The notes beneath the pieces were generated by a model. The model did no database searches. It worked only from the letters and a program-made list of their open reading frames with translations, and was not told the DNA's origin. Positions 18,022 to 27,758 of a stretch of 64,000 nt of DNA are shown piece after piece (positions within the stretch are counted from its first letter, which is position 1; every line of letters starts with the position of its first letter). Made by a program: the position numbers and the translations under genes. The stretch is from NCBI GenBank assembly GCA_021781965.1, contig JAJXVU010000001.1, forward strand, positions 15,000 through 78,999. The letters run 5' to 3'. The stretch is from Pseudomonadota bacterium (lineage in GTDB: Bacteria; Pseudomonadota; Gammaproteobacteria; UBA1113).

Positions 18022-21000
18022 ATGAAACGTATTTTAGCACTACTAAGCCTTTGTTTATTAGCACCGGCCATGTTCGCAGCGCCGAATTTTTTTACGCCAG
18101 CGCAAAATGATCAGTCTATGTATTTGCTGGGTTCCTTGTTTGGTAACGTAGGCAATGTGTTAACGGGTTGGGGTAGCTCACCCTTATTGATGAATACCTT
18201 TTATTATTTTAACCAAGCAGTTTTAGTATTAGGCTGTATCGTCATTGTTTATACCTTAATCGTGTCTACCGTCAATACCTCGCATCATGGTGAGATGATG
18301 GGGCAAAAATGGAATTCAGTGTGGATCCCCATGCGTACCGCCATCGGTTTTGCACTGTTGCTGCCTATAGGCGCAGGAAAGACCTATGCTGTGGTTCAGG
18401 CCATGGTGATGTGGGTGATCGTGCAAGGCGTAGGAGCAGCCGATTATCTATGGTCCAATATGGTAGATCAAGTGGTTTCGGGTGATACTAGTTTTCAACC
18501 CGATACCGCTTCTAGTACGACAGCTGCCAACACGATTATGGTGGCCTTCCAATATTATGTTTGTACCATGCAATTGGTACAGATGCAAACGATTCAAAAA
18601 TATAGGACACAAAATAATGGGTTTGGACCTACTCAATGGGATGATAATACTTCTCCGTGGAAGAACAATAATAACTATGGTTGGGATGCCCCAGGTATTT
18701 TTTTTACAACCTCTACTGCCCTGGCGGCGACTCCCAATACCAATTTCTGGACTTTTGGGATTGCTAATCCCTCTGGTTGGGCTAATCAGTCACTGTGCGG
18801 CACCATCTCAAGCCCTGCCGCGCCGAAGGGTTCAAATCCAGCCCTAATCACTTACTATAACAATCAAGCTGCCATTCTCAATATGGCATTGGGAGCGGCT
18901 CAGAGTAGTGCTGGCTCTATACCTGAGGAGTTACTGGGCTCAGATGGACAACCCTTGCTGTTGGCTCATAGCACGACATTTTCGGTCCAAGGTACATCGC
19001 CTACTTTTATTAGTTTTGGTAAGGGTGCGGCAAATTCTTGGGGTCGATATGGAGGTAATTGGTTAGGCGATTATGGTGGTAGTAGTCAACCCGGTAAGTC
19101 GAGTGGCACACCCGATAGCCGTGCTGGAATATCATCTACAGATAGCAACAGTGAGACTAATCCTCCAAGTGGCAGCCCCCAATTGAATGGCCGGTTTAGA
19201 GGGTTGCAAATTATGTTGCCTTATATCGATACTAGCACGGGTAAATATGCCAGAGACAGCACAACAGGCAAGTTGCTGTATCAAAAAAATTATCTTCCCA
19301 CGGTAGCCTATTTGGCGGAGTTATTGTCTCAAAATATAGATGCAGGTTCGCCTACCAGTACGCCTACTGCAGAAGTAAGTACAAATAGCATAGGGAGTAG
19401 TAGTGAAGGTAAGGGCGGTGTTTATGTCATTGCCAGCTCTAGTCAAGTACCGCAGTATGTGACACAACAATTAGCACTGATTGCGCAAGCGTATACCGAT
19501 GCAACGGCAGCCAATTATGCCGCTTATCAGAATGCCATATCGGGAGGCGATAATGTACCGCAGGCTGGTTCTAAAATAGCCGCCGGTGCAGCTGCCGCAA
19601 AATTTAATGGCTGGGCTAGTGCTGGCGCCTTTTATTTGAATATGGCTAAAATATTGCAAGCCACTACTGCCGATATTGTAGCCACGGACGATTATAGCTA
19701 TGGCTCTTTGGCTTGTACGACTGGGATTGGTCCAAGTAAGGAAGCGTCCGACAATGGTATGTTATGCAAAGATGCGCGCAGTCCTGCAGACGTGGGTGGT
19801 GTCAGACGTGATTTTAATAGCAATAATAAACCGAAGTCGAATAGCACTCAATTGGGCGATGCCATCACGCAAGCGCAAGATGTCACGAACCAAGCCACGG
19901 GAGCAATACTAGACTTCTATGGCAATGATGATAATTCCGAGTCGGATATACCGGGCCCGTGTCAGGATACTCAAAATACGTCTAACCCACCACCTGGACC
20001 TATCACGCCAGGAGGACAAACCACGACGCCAGGATATATTTATAATGGTACGGGTTATTATTACAACGCCAACGACCCTAACAATCCCTATCGTCAAAAA
20101 TGCGGTCTTTACAACAGTACGGGTTATGGTGCTTTTAGTACATCTAATTTTACCAAACCCAAATTTCCAAAGATGATCATCAATCCTCTAGGCTGGTATA
20201 AATATGTGAATGGCATGATGATTTACAATTTTTCCCAAACCTTAGCGCCTATGTTGCAAATGGGGCAAGCTTCCACCATGCAAAATCCCATTTTAACCTT
20301 GCGTCAATCTGGGATACGCTTATTAAATACCAGTGCTGCGCTATACCATGCGGGCTTAAATTATATGTGGATTTCAGGTTTGGTGTCCTATGTGGCATCT
20401 AATTGGAGTCCTATAGCCGGTGCGGCATTCAGTACCTTCAACTGGGCCGCTTCTATGGCCACAGCGATGGTAGGGGCGATGATGGCCATGGGTGCTATTC
20501 TGGCGTATTACTTTCCGATGATTCCTTATCTGGTATTTACCTTTGCTACCATACAATGGCTCATTTTAACGGTAGAAGCGATGACCGCGGCACCGTTGAT
20601 GGCTTTAGGGATATTGCATCCCGAAGGCAACCATGAAGTTTTTGGTCATAGCAGCATGGGTATAGCCATATTGTCGACAGTATTTTTACGTCCATCGCTG
20701 ATGATAGTCGGTTATTTTGCGGCAACCCTCATGTGTTATGTGGTGGTGTTGCTGATCAACGCCGGGTTCTTTTTTGCCGCGGGCTCGATGATGACCGGCG
20801 ATACTTCTACCGGCAGCGTATTTGGCTGTGTAGTGGTGTGGATGATGTACCTGAATATGGTTATGGTTGCCATCAACAAGGCCTTTAGCTTGATTTACCA
20901 TATTCCGGATCATGTGACGCGTTGGATAGGTATCCATGAACCAGGTGGTGGCGATGTTGAACAAATGATGGGTAAAGTCCAGGAAGGCGCGAAACAAGGC

Positions 21001-21141
21001 GGCGACTTGGGTAAAGGCGGTATGGACAGTGCTGCAAATGCTAGGATGGGTTCGGCAGCAACTGCGGGTCAACAACGCTCCGCCAGCCCAAAGAAGAAAG
21101 AGAAAAAGAAAGAAGGCGGGGACGATAAGGCTGAAAAATAA
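18022..21141 (+). CDS. dotA: Dot/Icm polytopic membrane protein DotA (TraY family)
   Basis: GEMMGQKWNSVWIPMR, WVIVQGVGAAD, GWASAGAFY, APLMALGILHPEG, FLRPSLM, IPDHVTRWIG. Confidence 0.95.
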   Translation: MKRILALLSLCLLAPAMFAAPNFFTPAQNDQSMYLLGSLFGNVGNVLTGWGSSPLLMNTFYYFNQAVLVLGCIVIVYTLIVSTVNTSHHGEMMGQKWNSVWIPMRTAIGFALLLPIGAGKTYAVVQAMVMWVIVQGVGAADYLWSNMVDQVVSGDTSFQPDTASSTTAANTIMVAFQYYVCTMQLVQMQTIQKYRTQNNGFGPTQWDDNTSPWKNNNNYGWDAPGIFFTTSTALAATPNTNFWTFGIANPSGWANQSLCGTISSPAAPKGSNPALITYYNNQAAILNMALGAAQSSAGSIPEELLGSDGQPLLLAHSTTFSVQGTSPTFISFGKGAANSWGRYGGNWLGDYGGSSQPGKSSGTPDSRAGISSTDSNSETNPPSGSPQLNGRFRGLQIMLPYIDTSTGKYARDSTTGKLLYQKNYLPTVAYLAELLSQNIDAGSPTSTPTAEVSTNSIGSSSEGKGGVYVIASSSQVPQYVTQQLALIAQAYTDATAANYAAYQNAISGGDNVPQAGSKIAAGAAAAKFNGWASAGAFYLNMAKILQATTADIVATDDYSYGSLACTTGIGPSKEASDNGMLCKDARSPADVGGVRRDFNSNNKPKSNSTQLGDAITQAQDVTNQATGAILDFYGNDDNSESDIPGPCQDTQNTSNPPPGPITPGGQTTTPGYIYNGTGYYYNANDPNNPYRQKCGLYNSTGYGAFSTSNFTKPKFPKMIINPLGWYKYVNGMMIYNFSQTLAPMLQMGQASTMQNPILTLRQSGIRLLNTSAALYHAGLNYMWISGLVSYVASNWSPIAGAAFSTFNWAASMATAMVGAMMAMGAILAYYFPMIPYLVFTFATIQWLILTVEAMTAAPLMALGILHPEGNHEVFGHSSMGIAILSTVFLRPSLMIVGYFAATLMCYVVVLLINAGFFFAAGSMMTGDTSTGSVFGCVVVWMMYLNMVMVAINKAFSLIYHIPDHVTRWIGIHEPGGGDVEQMMGKVQEGAKQGGDLGKGGMDSAANARMGSAATAGQQRSASPKKKEKKKEGGDDKAEK

Positions 21142-21210
21142 TGAGATTTAAGTCTCTCATCCGATAATGGATGGAACACGGGGCCGTTAGGTGGCCCCAA
21201 TTGGGTAAGG

Positions 21211-21239
21211 TTGACTTATATTTACACAGTCGGTATAAT
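21211..21239 (+). promoter_or_regulatory. Near-consensus sigma70 promoter
   Basis: TTGACT-17 nt-TATAAT. Confidence 0.7.
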
Positions 21240-21275
21240 ATAAGTAAGATTGGTTTTTTAACCGAGGAGCAGATT

Positions 21276-21761
21276 ATGGTTGATATTAAAGAAGAAGAAG
21301 AAAAATCCCTAGCAGGGAAAGCCTTTCATTTTGTAACAAATCCTTTAGCCGATACGGCCAAGGGTTTAGGCCGCGTAGCGGAAGAGCTTGGGGATCTGAA
21401 AGATGCAGAGAAAGACGCCTATAATAAGAATTTAGGTCCAGGTGGTTCCTTGTTGAAAGCCGCTGGTCATGGCCTCTTACTGAAATTACTACAGGCTGGA
21501 GAAAAAACTACAGATGAGACGGCAAAGGCTGTAGATAGTATAAAACTAGACGGTGGTGACAAGGGGAGTGCACAATTCGATAGTAAAGGGGGGCTGGCGG
21601 GGTTGTACAATACTACATCCAGGGTTAATACGAGTGCCCTGCCTAAAACCGATGAGCCCTTAAGCGAAGAAGTAAAGATGAAGTTAGAACGCTTTTTCAA
21701 AGGTTCTGAAGCGGATGCCCCAGCGCCTGGTGGGCGTCCTATTGTGGGAAGAGTGCTATAA
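21276..21761 (+). CDS. Hypothetical protein downstream of dotA
   Basis: GAGGAG SD before ATG 21276; own promoter; no recognisable domain. Confidence 0.7.
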   Translation: MVDIKEEEEKSLAGKAFHFVTNPLADTAKGLGRVAEELGDLKDAEKDAYNKNLGPGGSLLKAAGHGLLLKLLQAGEKTTDETAKAVDSIKLDGGDKGSAQFDSKGGLAGLYNTTSRVNTSALPKTDEPLSEEVKMKLERFFKGSEADAPAPGGRPIVGRVL

Positions 21762-21764
21762 ATC

Positions 21765-22418
21765 TTAACTCAAAACCGCCACTTCGCCTTCTACAATGAG
21801 CGGGGCGGCGGTTTTAGCTTTGATCTCTTCTATGCTCACATCATGAGCGCGCTCTAACAAACGAAAACATCCGTTCTCTACACTCAATACGCCTAGATCA
21901 GTCACAATTTTGTGTACGCAATTCACGCCGGTTAAGGGCAAAGTACAGCGCTGCAATAACTTCGATTCTCCCTTGGGGCTAGTGTGCATCATGGCGACGA
22001 CGATGTTTTTGGCCGCAGCCACTAAATCCATAGCACCGCCCATGCCTTTGACCAATTTACCAGGAATCATCCACGAAGCAATATTACCGCTCACATCCAC
22101 TTCAAAAGCGCCCAATACGGTTAAATCGATATGGCCACCGCGGATCATGGCAAAGCTATCGGCTGAAGAGAAAAAGGCAGCGCCTTCTATAGCGGTGACG
22201 GTTTCTTTACCGGCGTTAATTAGATCCGGGTCTACTTCATTTTCATTAGGATAGGGTCCTAAACCCAGTAAACCATTTTCCGATTGCAGCATGACTTGAA
22301 TACCCTTGGGGATGTAATTTGCCACTAGGGTAGGAATGCCTATGCCTAGGTTGACGTAATAACCATCTTTTAATTCTAGCGCAATGCGTTTGGCGATTTG
22401 GTCGCGGTTTAAGGGCAT
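21765..22418 (-). CDS. scoB: 3-oxoacid CoA-transferase subunit B
   Basis: VNLGIGIPT, QSENG, GMGGAMDL. Confidence 0.93.
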   Translation of the reverse strand: MPLNRDQIAKRIALELKDGYYVNLGIGIPTLVANYIPKGIQVMLQSENGLLGLGPYPNENEVDPDLINAGKETVTAIEGAAFFSSADSFAMIRGGHIDLTVLGAFEVDVSGNIASWMIPGKLVKGMGGAMDLVAAAKNIVVAMMHTSPKGESKLLQRCTLPLTGVNCVHKIVTDLGVLSVENGCFRLLERAHDVSIEEIKAKTAAPLIVEGEVAVLS

Positions 22419-22421
22419 GGC

Positions 22422-23132
22422 TTACTCCTTGTGATCAGCGCGCAACGTGCGTCGCTCTATGCGTTTTTCGAATTTGCCTTGGATAATACGATTAACATAA
22501 ATGCCAGGCGTGTGTATGTGTTCGGGATCTAAAGCGCCCGCTGGAACGATTTCTTCCACTTCGGCGATGGTGAGTTTAGCCGCAGTAGCCATCATGGGGT
22601 TAAAATTCATGGCCGTTTTACGATAAATGAGATTGCCCATGGTATCGGCTTTCCACGCCCGAATCAATGCTACATCGGCGTGTAAGGCTTCTTCCATCAC
22701 ATAATGACGACCCGCAAATTCGCGTGTTTCCTTGCCTTCGGCCACGGGGGTGCCATAACCGGTGGCAGTATAAAAAGCGGGGATACCGGCACCGCCCGCA
22801 CGAATTTTTTCGGCCAAAGTGCCTTGTGGGGTTAAGATGACCTGCATTTCGCCCGATAACAGTAATTGTTCGAATAAAGCGTTTTCGCCTACATAGGAGG
22901 CGATCATGGTTTTAATCTGCCGCTTTTCCAGCCATAGGCCTAGGCCAAAACCATCGACGCCAGCATTATTAGAAATGCATGTTAAGCCCGTTACGCTCAT
23001 TTGGTGCACCGTGGCAATTAAACCCTCTGGTATACCGCATAAGCCAAAACCACCCACCATGATGGTCATATTGTCTTTTAAGCCCGCCAGAGCATCTTCA
23101 TAGTTGTAAACGCGTTTATCAAATCCAGACAT
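22422..23132 (-). CDS. scoA: 3-oxoacid CoA-transferase subunit A
   Basis: [35 protein letters not shown]. Confidence 0.93.
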   Translation of the reverse strand: MSGFDKRVYNYEDALAGLKDNMTIMVGGFGLCGIPEGLIATVHQMSVTGLTCISNNAGVDGFGLGLWLEKRQIKTMIASYVGENALFEQLLLSGEMQVILTPQGTLAEKIRAGGAGIPAFYTATGYGTPVAEGKETREFAGRHYVMEEALHADVALIRAWKADTMGNLIYRKTAMNFNPMMATAAKLTIAEVEEIVPAGALDPEHIHTPGIYVNRIIQGKFEKRIERRTLRADHKE

Positions 23133-23301
23133 AATAGGTTCCTTGTAATGGCTTGGGTGGAATATACCATAATTTTCCTAGGGTTTGTTTTTTTTAGGGT
23201 AAACAGCCTATAATTCTCAGATTCATTAAACGTGTGGGAATTGTGTTTTATCAGAGGGATTAATATAGAGGGCGCATCAGAAGCGCCCTAAGTTAAAAAT
23301 A

Positions 23302-23481
23302 CTAATCACTATGCTCCGACGACTCGGCTTTAATTTTTTCGTAGATCTCCTCTCTATGCACCGAAAGTTCTTGAGGCGCCTCGATGCCTAATTTGACTTG
23401 GTTTCCTATATCCAATACGCGAATGATAATGTCATCACCTATGACGATATTCTCACCTAGTCGTCGTGTTAAAACTAACAT
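23302..23481 (-). CDS. csrA: Carbon storage regulator CsrA/RsmA family protein
   Basis: [31 protein letters not shown]; start ATG 23481 after AAGGAG. Confidence 0.92.
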   Translation of the reverse strand: MLVLTRRLGENIVIGDDIIIRVLDIGNQVKLGIEAPQELSVHREEIYEKIKAESSEHSD

Positions 23482-23551
23482 GTTGTTTCTCCTTTTTTTC
23501 CTTAGCCATTCAATCAAAAAAGATAAGATCTTCTCCTGATTGAGATTAAAA

Positions 23552-23696
23552 ACGCGAATTCTGTTTAAGAAATCTCTGTATGCGTGGATTAAAAATATCC
23601 CATTATTACCCGAGCCGGGTTATTCCTGTTATTCGTCCTTTTTCCGCTCCCTGACGGTCGCGGCTCGGAATTTTGCATCTTAAACAGAATTCGCGT
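23552..23696 (-). mobile_element. Complete ~145-bp MITE-like element with perfect TIRs, containing a REP-like hairpin
   Basis: ACGCGAATTCTGTTTAAGA ... TCTTAAACAGAATTCGCGT; TAAAA on both flanks; REP at 23644-23668. Confidence 0.85.
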
Positions 23697-23753
23697 TAAA
23701 AATAAATACACTTTGCTCGTAATGACGGCTATTGCTATTTCTCGTTATTAAAA

Positions 23754-23858
23754 TCATTCATACGGCACGAGTAGTTGCGAAATAAATTGATAAAAATTCT
23801 TAGGTGGACCGCGCCCACCATAAGGAACGCAAAATGCGCGTTTAAAAAAGTCCCACAC
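23754..23858 (-). CDS. Putative 34-aa small protein upstream of csrA
   Basis: AGGAG SD then GTG start: MWDFFKRAFCVPYGGRGPPKNFYQFISQLLVPYE. Confidence 0.35.
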   Translation of the reverse strand: MWDFFKRAFCVPYGGRGPPKNFYQFISQLLVPYE

Positions 23859-24325
23859 TTGTTCTCTCCTAGTTAAAACGATTGTTTAAGCGTACAGGCT
23901 TAGACTACGTAACTGAAGAAGATGGAACCTCTAAAAACACCACAAAGCTGCGTTTTAAAGCCGCCTAAGCTTAGAAAGAGTTTCTTTTTAAGCAAAAACA
24001 AGCCTAAAAGCAGGATTGTGTAAACATTTTGGCCCGATTTATGGTGGGCAAGATGCCGCTGTGAATGGCGGCTCAGATCAGATATAATCGACATTAGCTT
24101 GTCCTTATGTGTGTAAGGTTCAAGTTAGCCTCTTTGGCGTGTTGATGCATGCCAGAGGGGCGACTTAGCTTAAGCAACTTTGAGTTTTTTGTATAAAACC
24201 CAGGACTCAAGGTTGCGCTCTTTGTGTGAGATTTAAAAAAATGCTCACACTCATCATCATAGCAGAAACAAAAACGAAAGAGTAGCTTTTTGAAAAAATA
24301 TTTTTGATATTTTTATGTTACAATA

Positions 24326-25495
24326 TCAAGACTTTATCACGTCCAGCATGTCCAGAAGCGAAATAACCATCACGTTATCCCTCAATGGATATTTTTCATT
24401 CCCTGGATACACAACGTATCGATCTGTTACCTGTAGGTCATCGCAGGCTTCGAAAAATCCTCGTGACAATTGTGGGCTAGAAGTGCATTTCATTTCAATG
24501 GCGATCAATCTACCGTCTGGATGTTTTATCAATAAATCAATTTCAGCGCCTACTACGGTACGATAAAAAAACAGGTCTGCTTGCTCTGGTAATACACTGG
24601 CAATATTGTCTATTACAAAACCTTCCCAACTCGTTCCTAATATCGGGTTCGTTATCAAATCATCTTGTGAGTGAATATTTAAAAGTGCGTGCAAAATACC
24701 ACTGTCTCTCACATAAATCTTGGGAGAACGGATCACGCGTTTCTTAACATTGCTATGCCAAGGTTGTAAGCGGCGGATCAAAAATAAATCGACGAATAAA
24801 TCGATGTATCGCGTAATCGTTTGCCCAGAAACGCCGAGATTTCCCGCTAATTTGGCGGCATTCACTAAACCACCGTGACAATGCGCCAGCATGATCCAAA
24901 ATCTGCGTAAGGTTTCGCTGGGAATGCGCGGCCCAAGTTGTGGAATATCACGTTCAAGATAGGTTTTAATGAAAGCTTGGCGCCATGCCAGACTGGCTGC
25001 AGCGGATGGAGCCAATAAGCTGTCTGGGAAGCCACCACACAGCCATAATTGCTGCATTGTGTAAGGCGTATTTATGATTTCTTGTGCATTGAGTGGCGCC
25101 AGTTCAATATAACGAATTCTGCCCGCTAAACTTTCTGAAGATTGACGTAATAATTCAACAGAAGCAGAGCCCAGTATGAGAAATTGTCCAAATTTATGTC
25201 CGGCACGTCTTTGCTTGTCAATGACGCCGCGTAAAATGCGAAAAATGTCAGGTTTAGTCTGTATTTCGTCTAAGATAATTAACTTATCTTGATGCAAATC
25301 AAAATAGGAGATGGGATCGGATAATTTCGCCGAGTCTTGAGGATTTTCTAAATCAAGATAAATGCTGGGTACTTGTTTTGCCAGTTCTAGCGCCAGTGTC
25401 GTTTTTCCAATTTGTCTGGCACCAATGAGTCCAAGGGCAGAAAAATGGGTGAGTGCCGTTTGAATGAGCTGGTATTTTGTTCTTTGTAAGATCAT
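24326..25495 (-). CDS. AAA ATPase (AAA_14) with DUF4143-type C-terminal domain
   Basis: GARQIGKTT, LDEIQ, ESLAGR, PKIYVRDSG, EIDLL..IEMK. Confidence 0.88.
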   Translation of the reverse strand: MILQRTKYQLIQTALTHFSALGLIGARQIGKTTLALELAKQVPSIYLDLENPQDSAKLSDPISYFDLHQDKLIILDEIQTKPDIFRILRGVIDKQRRAGHKFGQFLILGSASVELLRQSSESLAGRIRYIELAPLNAQEIINTPYTMQQLWLCGGFPDSLLAPSAAASLAWRQAFIKTYLERDIPQLGPRIPSETLRRFWIMLAHCHGGLVNAAKLAGNLGVSGQTITRYIDLFVDLFLIRRLQPWHSNVKKRVIRSPKIYVRDSGILHALLNIHSQDDLITNPILGTSWEGFVIDNIASVLPEQADLFFYRTVVGAEIDLLIKHPDGRLIAIEMKCTSSPQLSRGFFEACDDLQVTDRYVVYPGNEKYPLRDNVMVISLLDMLDVIKS

Positions 25496-25825
25496 TTAAG
25501 GATTTCCGCATAAAATCATTATTTACCTCGTTAATATAACACGAAATGGAAGATTTGCAAGGATATCGGTCATAATTTACCCACAATTAGAGCCTTTCCA
25601 GAAAATTGCCTAACAGAGAATCCTAAACAAATACGAGAGCGGATCATAGCGATTAACTGGAAGGATATGCCTAAGCTGCTATAGCTGCTATAGCTGCTAT
25701 TGCAGTTATTAAAGCCAGAGAGTGATTCTAAATCGTCGATTTAGCAATAGTCAAAATTGCCCATTTTTTGAATTTTACCCCCAAATGAGGTAAGATAAGC
25801 CTTTTTAAAGGCCCAGAAAGTACCT

Positions 25826-27076
25826 ATGTACAAATCATTACCATTTTTTATCGGTTTGCGCTATTTACGTGCCAAAAGGCGCAACCATTTTATCTCGTTT
25901 ATCTCCATTAGCTCGACCATAGGCATCGCCTTGGGCATTACCGTACTGATCACGGTGTTATCGGTGTTAAATGGCTTTAACGACCAAATCAAAAACCGCG
26001 TGCTTTCCATGGCGACGCAATTGAGCATGAGCACAGAGAGCAATTTCTTACCCGACTGGCAACAAGCGGCTAAGGTGGCCGATACCAATCCCAATATAGT
26101 CGCTAGCGCTCCTTATGTGAGCGGCCAAAGCATGTTAACGGCCAATGGCCAAGTGTCAGGCGCCTTTGTCTTTGGCGTAGAGCCGGATCTAGAAGCCAAG
26201 ATATCGGAGCTCGGCAACAAAATGGTGGTAGGGAAGCTAAACGATTTGAAATCGCAGGGGTTTGGCGTCATTTTAGGTTCGGAACTGGCGAATAATTTGG
26301 GAGTAATGCCTGGAGACAAGGTGTTATTTATTTCCCCGGTGGCTTCAATGACGCCTTTCGGTATTATCCCACGCTCCAAACGTTTTACGGTTGTCGGTAT
26401 ATTTGATGCGGGCAGTGGTTTTGGTTTCAACGATAAATTTGCGTATATACATCTAGACGATGCGAAAACCTTTTACAATACGGGTGATGCGGTGAGTGGT
26501 TTACGCTTTAAGTTAAAAGATGCCTATCAAGCACCGTGGGTGGAAAATCAGTTGGCGAATGCCTTTCCCGAAAATTATGTGTTTGCAGATTGGACTACGG
26601 CATATGGCTCTTTCTTCGAGGGTTTGGCGCTGCAAAAAACGATGATGGCGGTGATTTTATTTTTAATCATTGCGGTTGCTATTTTTAATTTAGTCTCTAG
26701 TTTGGTGATGACGGTCACTGACAAAGCCAGCGACATTGCCATCTTGCGTACCTTAGGCGCTACGCCGCGACAGATTATGGCTATCTTTATGGTCCAAGGC
26801 AGCATGATTGGTTTGGTGGGGACGTTTATCGGTTTATTGTGTGGGATTCTGCTCTCTATGCATGTGACGCAATTGTACTTACTGGTCAAGCACGTGTTTC
26901 ATCTGCAATTACTGACATCCGGCGTGTTTTACGTAGATTATTTACCATCAGAAATTATGGCAAGCGATGTGCTGCGTATTTGCGTGATTGCGGTCATCAT
27001 GAGTTTTCTAGCGAATTTATATCCGGCATGGCGCGCGTCTAGAACCCATCCAGTGGAGGCATTGCGGTATGAATAA
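25826..27076 (+). CDS. lolE: Lipoprotein-releasing ABC transporter permease (LolC/E family)
   Basis: FIGLRYLRAKRR..FISFIS, DIAILRTLGA, YPAWRASR..PVEALRYE. Confidence 0.9.
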   Translation: MYKSLPFFIGLRYLRAKRRNHFISFISISSTIGIALGITVLITVLSVLNGFNDQIKNRVLSMATQLSMSTESNFLPDWQQAAKVADTNPNIVASAPYVSGQSMLTANGQVSGAFVFGVEPDLEAKISELGNKMVVGKLNDLKSQGFGVILGSELANNLGVMPGDKVLFISPVASMTPFGIIPRSKRFTVVGIFDAGSGFGFNDKFAYIHLDDAKTFYNTGDAVSGLRFKLKDAYQAPWVENQLANAFPENYVFADWTTAYGSFFEGLALQKTMMAVILFLIIAVAIFNLVSSLVMTVTDKASDIAILRTLGATPRQIMAIFMVQGSMIGLVGTFIGLLCGILLSMHVTQLYLLVKHVFHLQLLTSGVFYVDYLPSEIMASDVLRICVIAVIMSFLANLYPAWRASRTHPVEALRYE

Positions 27077-27755
27077 CAACATAGTCTTGGAAGCGCGCGG
27101 CTTGGGCAAAACATATCAAGACGGGCAAATCAAAGTAGAAGTTTTAAAAGACGTGGATTTGACACTAGCTGCAGGCGAATTAATCGCGGTGATAGGTGCT
27201 TCCGGCATAGGCAAAAGCACCTTGTTGCATTTATTAGGCGGTTTGGATAAATACACGGCCGGTGAAGTGCGCATACAAGGCCACGAGTGGAATCAACAAT
27301 CTGAAGTGCAACGTTGTCACTTGCGCAATGAAAAAGTAGGCTTTGTCTATCAGTTGCATCATTTGCTGCCGGAATTTAATGTTTTAGAAAACGTGTGTAT
27401 GCCCTTATTGATTGCGGGTGAAAAACTAGCGGCAGCCGAAGAAAAAGCTGCCGATATACTGGAAAAAGTGGGTTTGACGCATAGATTGCGCCATCGTATA
27501 GGCGAATTATCGGGCGGTGAACGCCAACGCACCGCTATTGCGCGTGCTTTGGTTAAAAGACCAGCCTGCGTTTTGGCGGATGAGCCTACGGGTAATTTGG
27601 ATCAACGCACGGCAGAAAAAGTGTATGAAATTTTTGTAGAATTAAATCGTGCTTATAAAACGAGTTTGATCATGGTCACCCACGATATGCGCTTGGCAGA
27701 ACGCTTGGAAAAAGTGTATCACATTGTGGATAAAAAGTTGGAAAGACAGAGGTAG
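27069..27755 (+). CDS. lolD: Lipoprotein-releasing ABC transporter ATPase
   Basis: GASGIGKSTLL, VGFVYQLHHLL, LSGGERQR, DEPTGNLD. Confidence 0.93.
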   Translation: MNNNIVLEARGLGKTYQDGQIKVEVLKDVDLTLAAGELIAVIGASGIGKSTLLHLLGGLDKYTAGEVRIQGHEWNQQSEVQRCHLRNEKVGFVYQLHHLLPEFNVLENVCMPLLIAGEKLAAAEEKAADILEKVGLTHRLRHRIGELSGGERQRTAIARALVKRPACVLADEPTGNLDQRTAEKVYEIFVELNRAYKTSLIMVTHDMRLAERLEKVYHIVDKKLERQR

Positions 27756-27758
27756 ACT

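Noticed and set aside
23482-24300. RsmY/RsmZ-like sRNA beside csrA
   Set aside because: Too few GGA hairpin loops to support it
25674-25700. AGCTGCTAT x3 tandem repeat
   Set aside because: Short, with no supported ORF or promoter link; probably slippage
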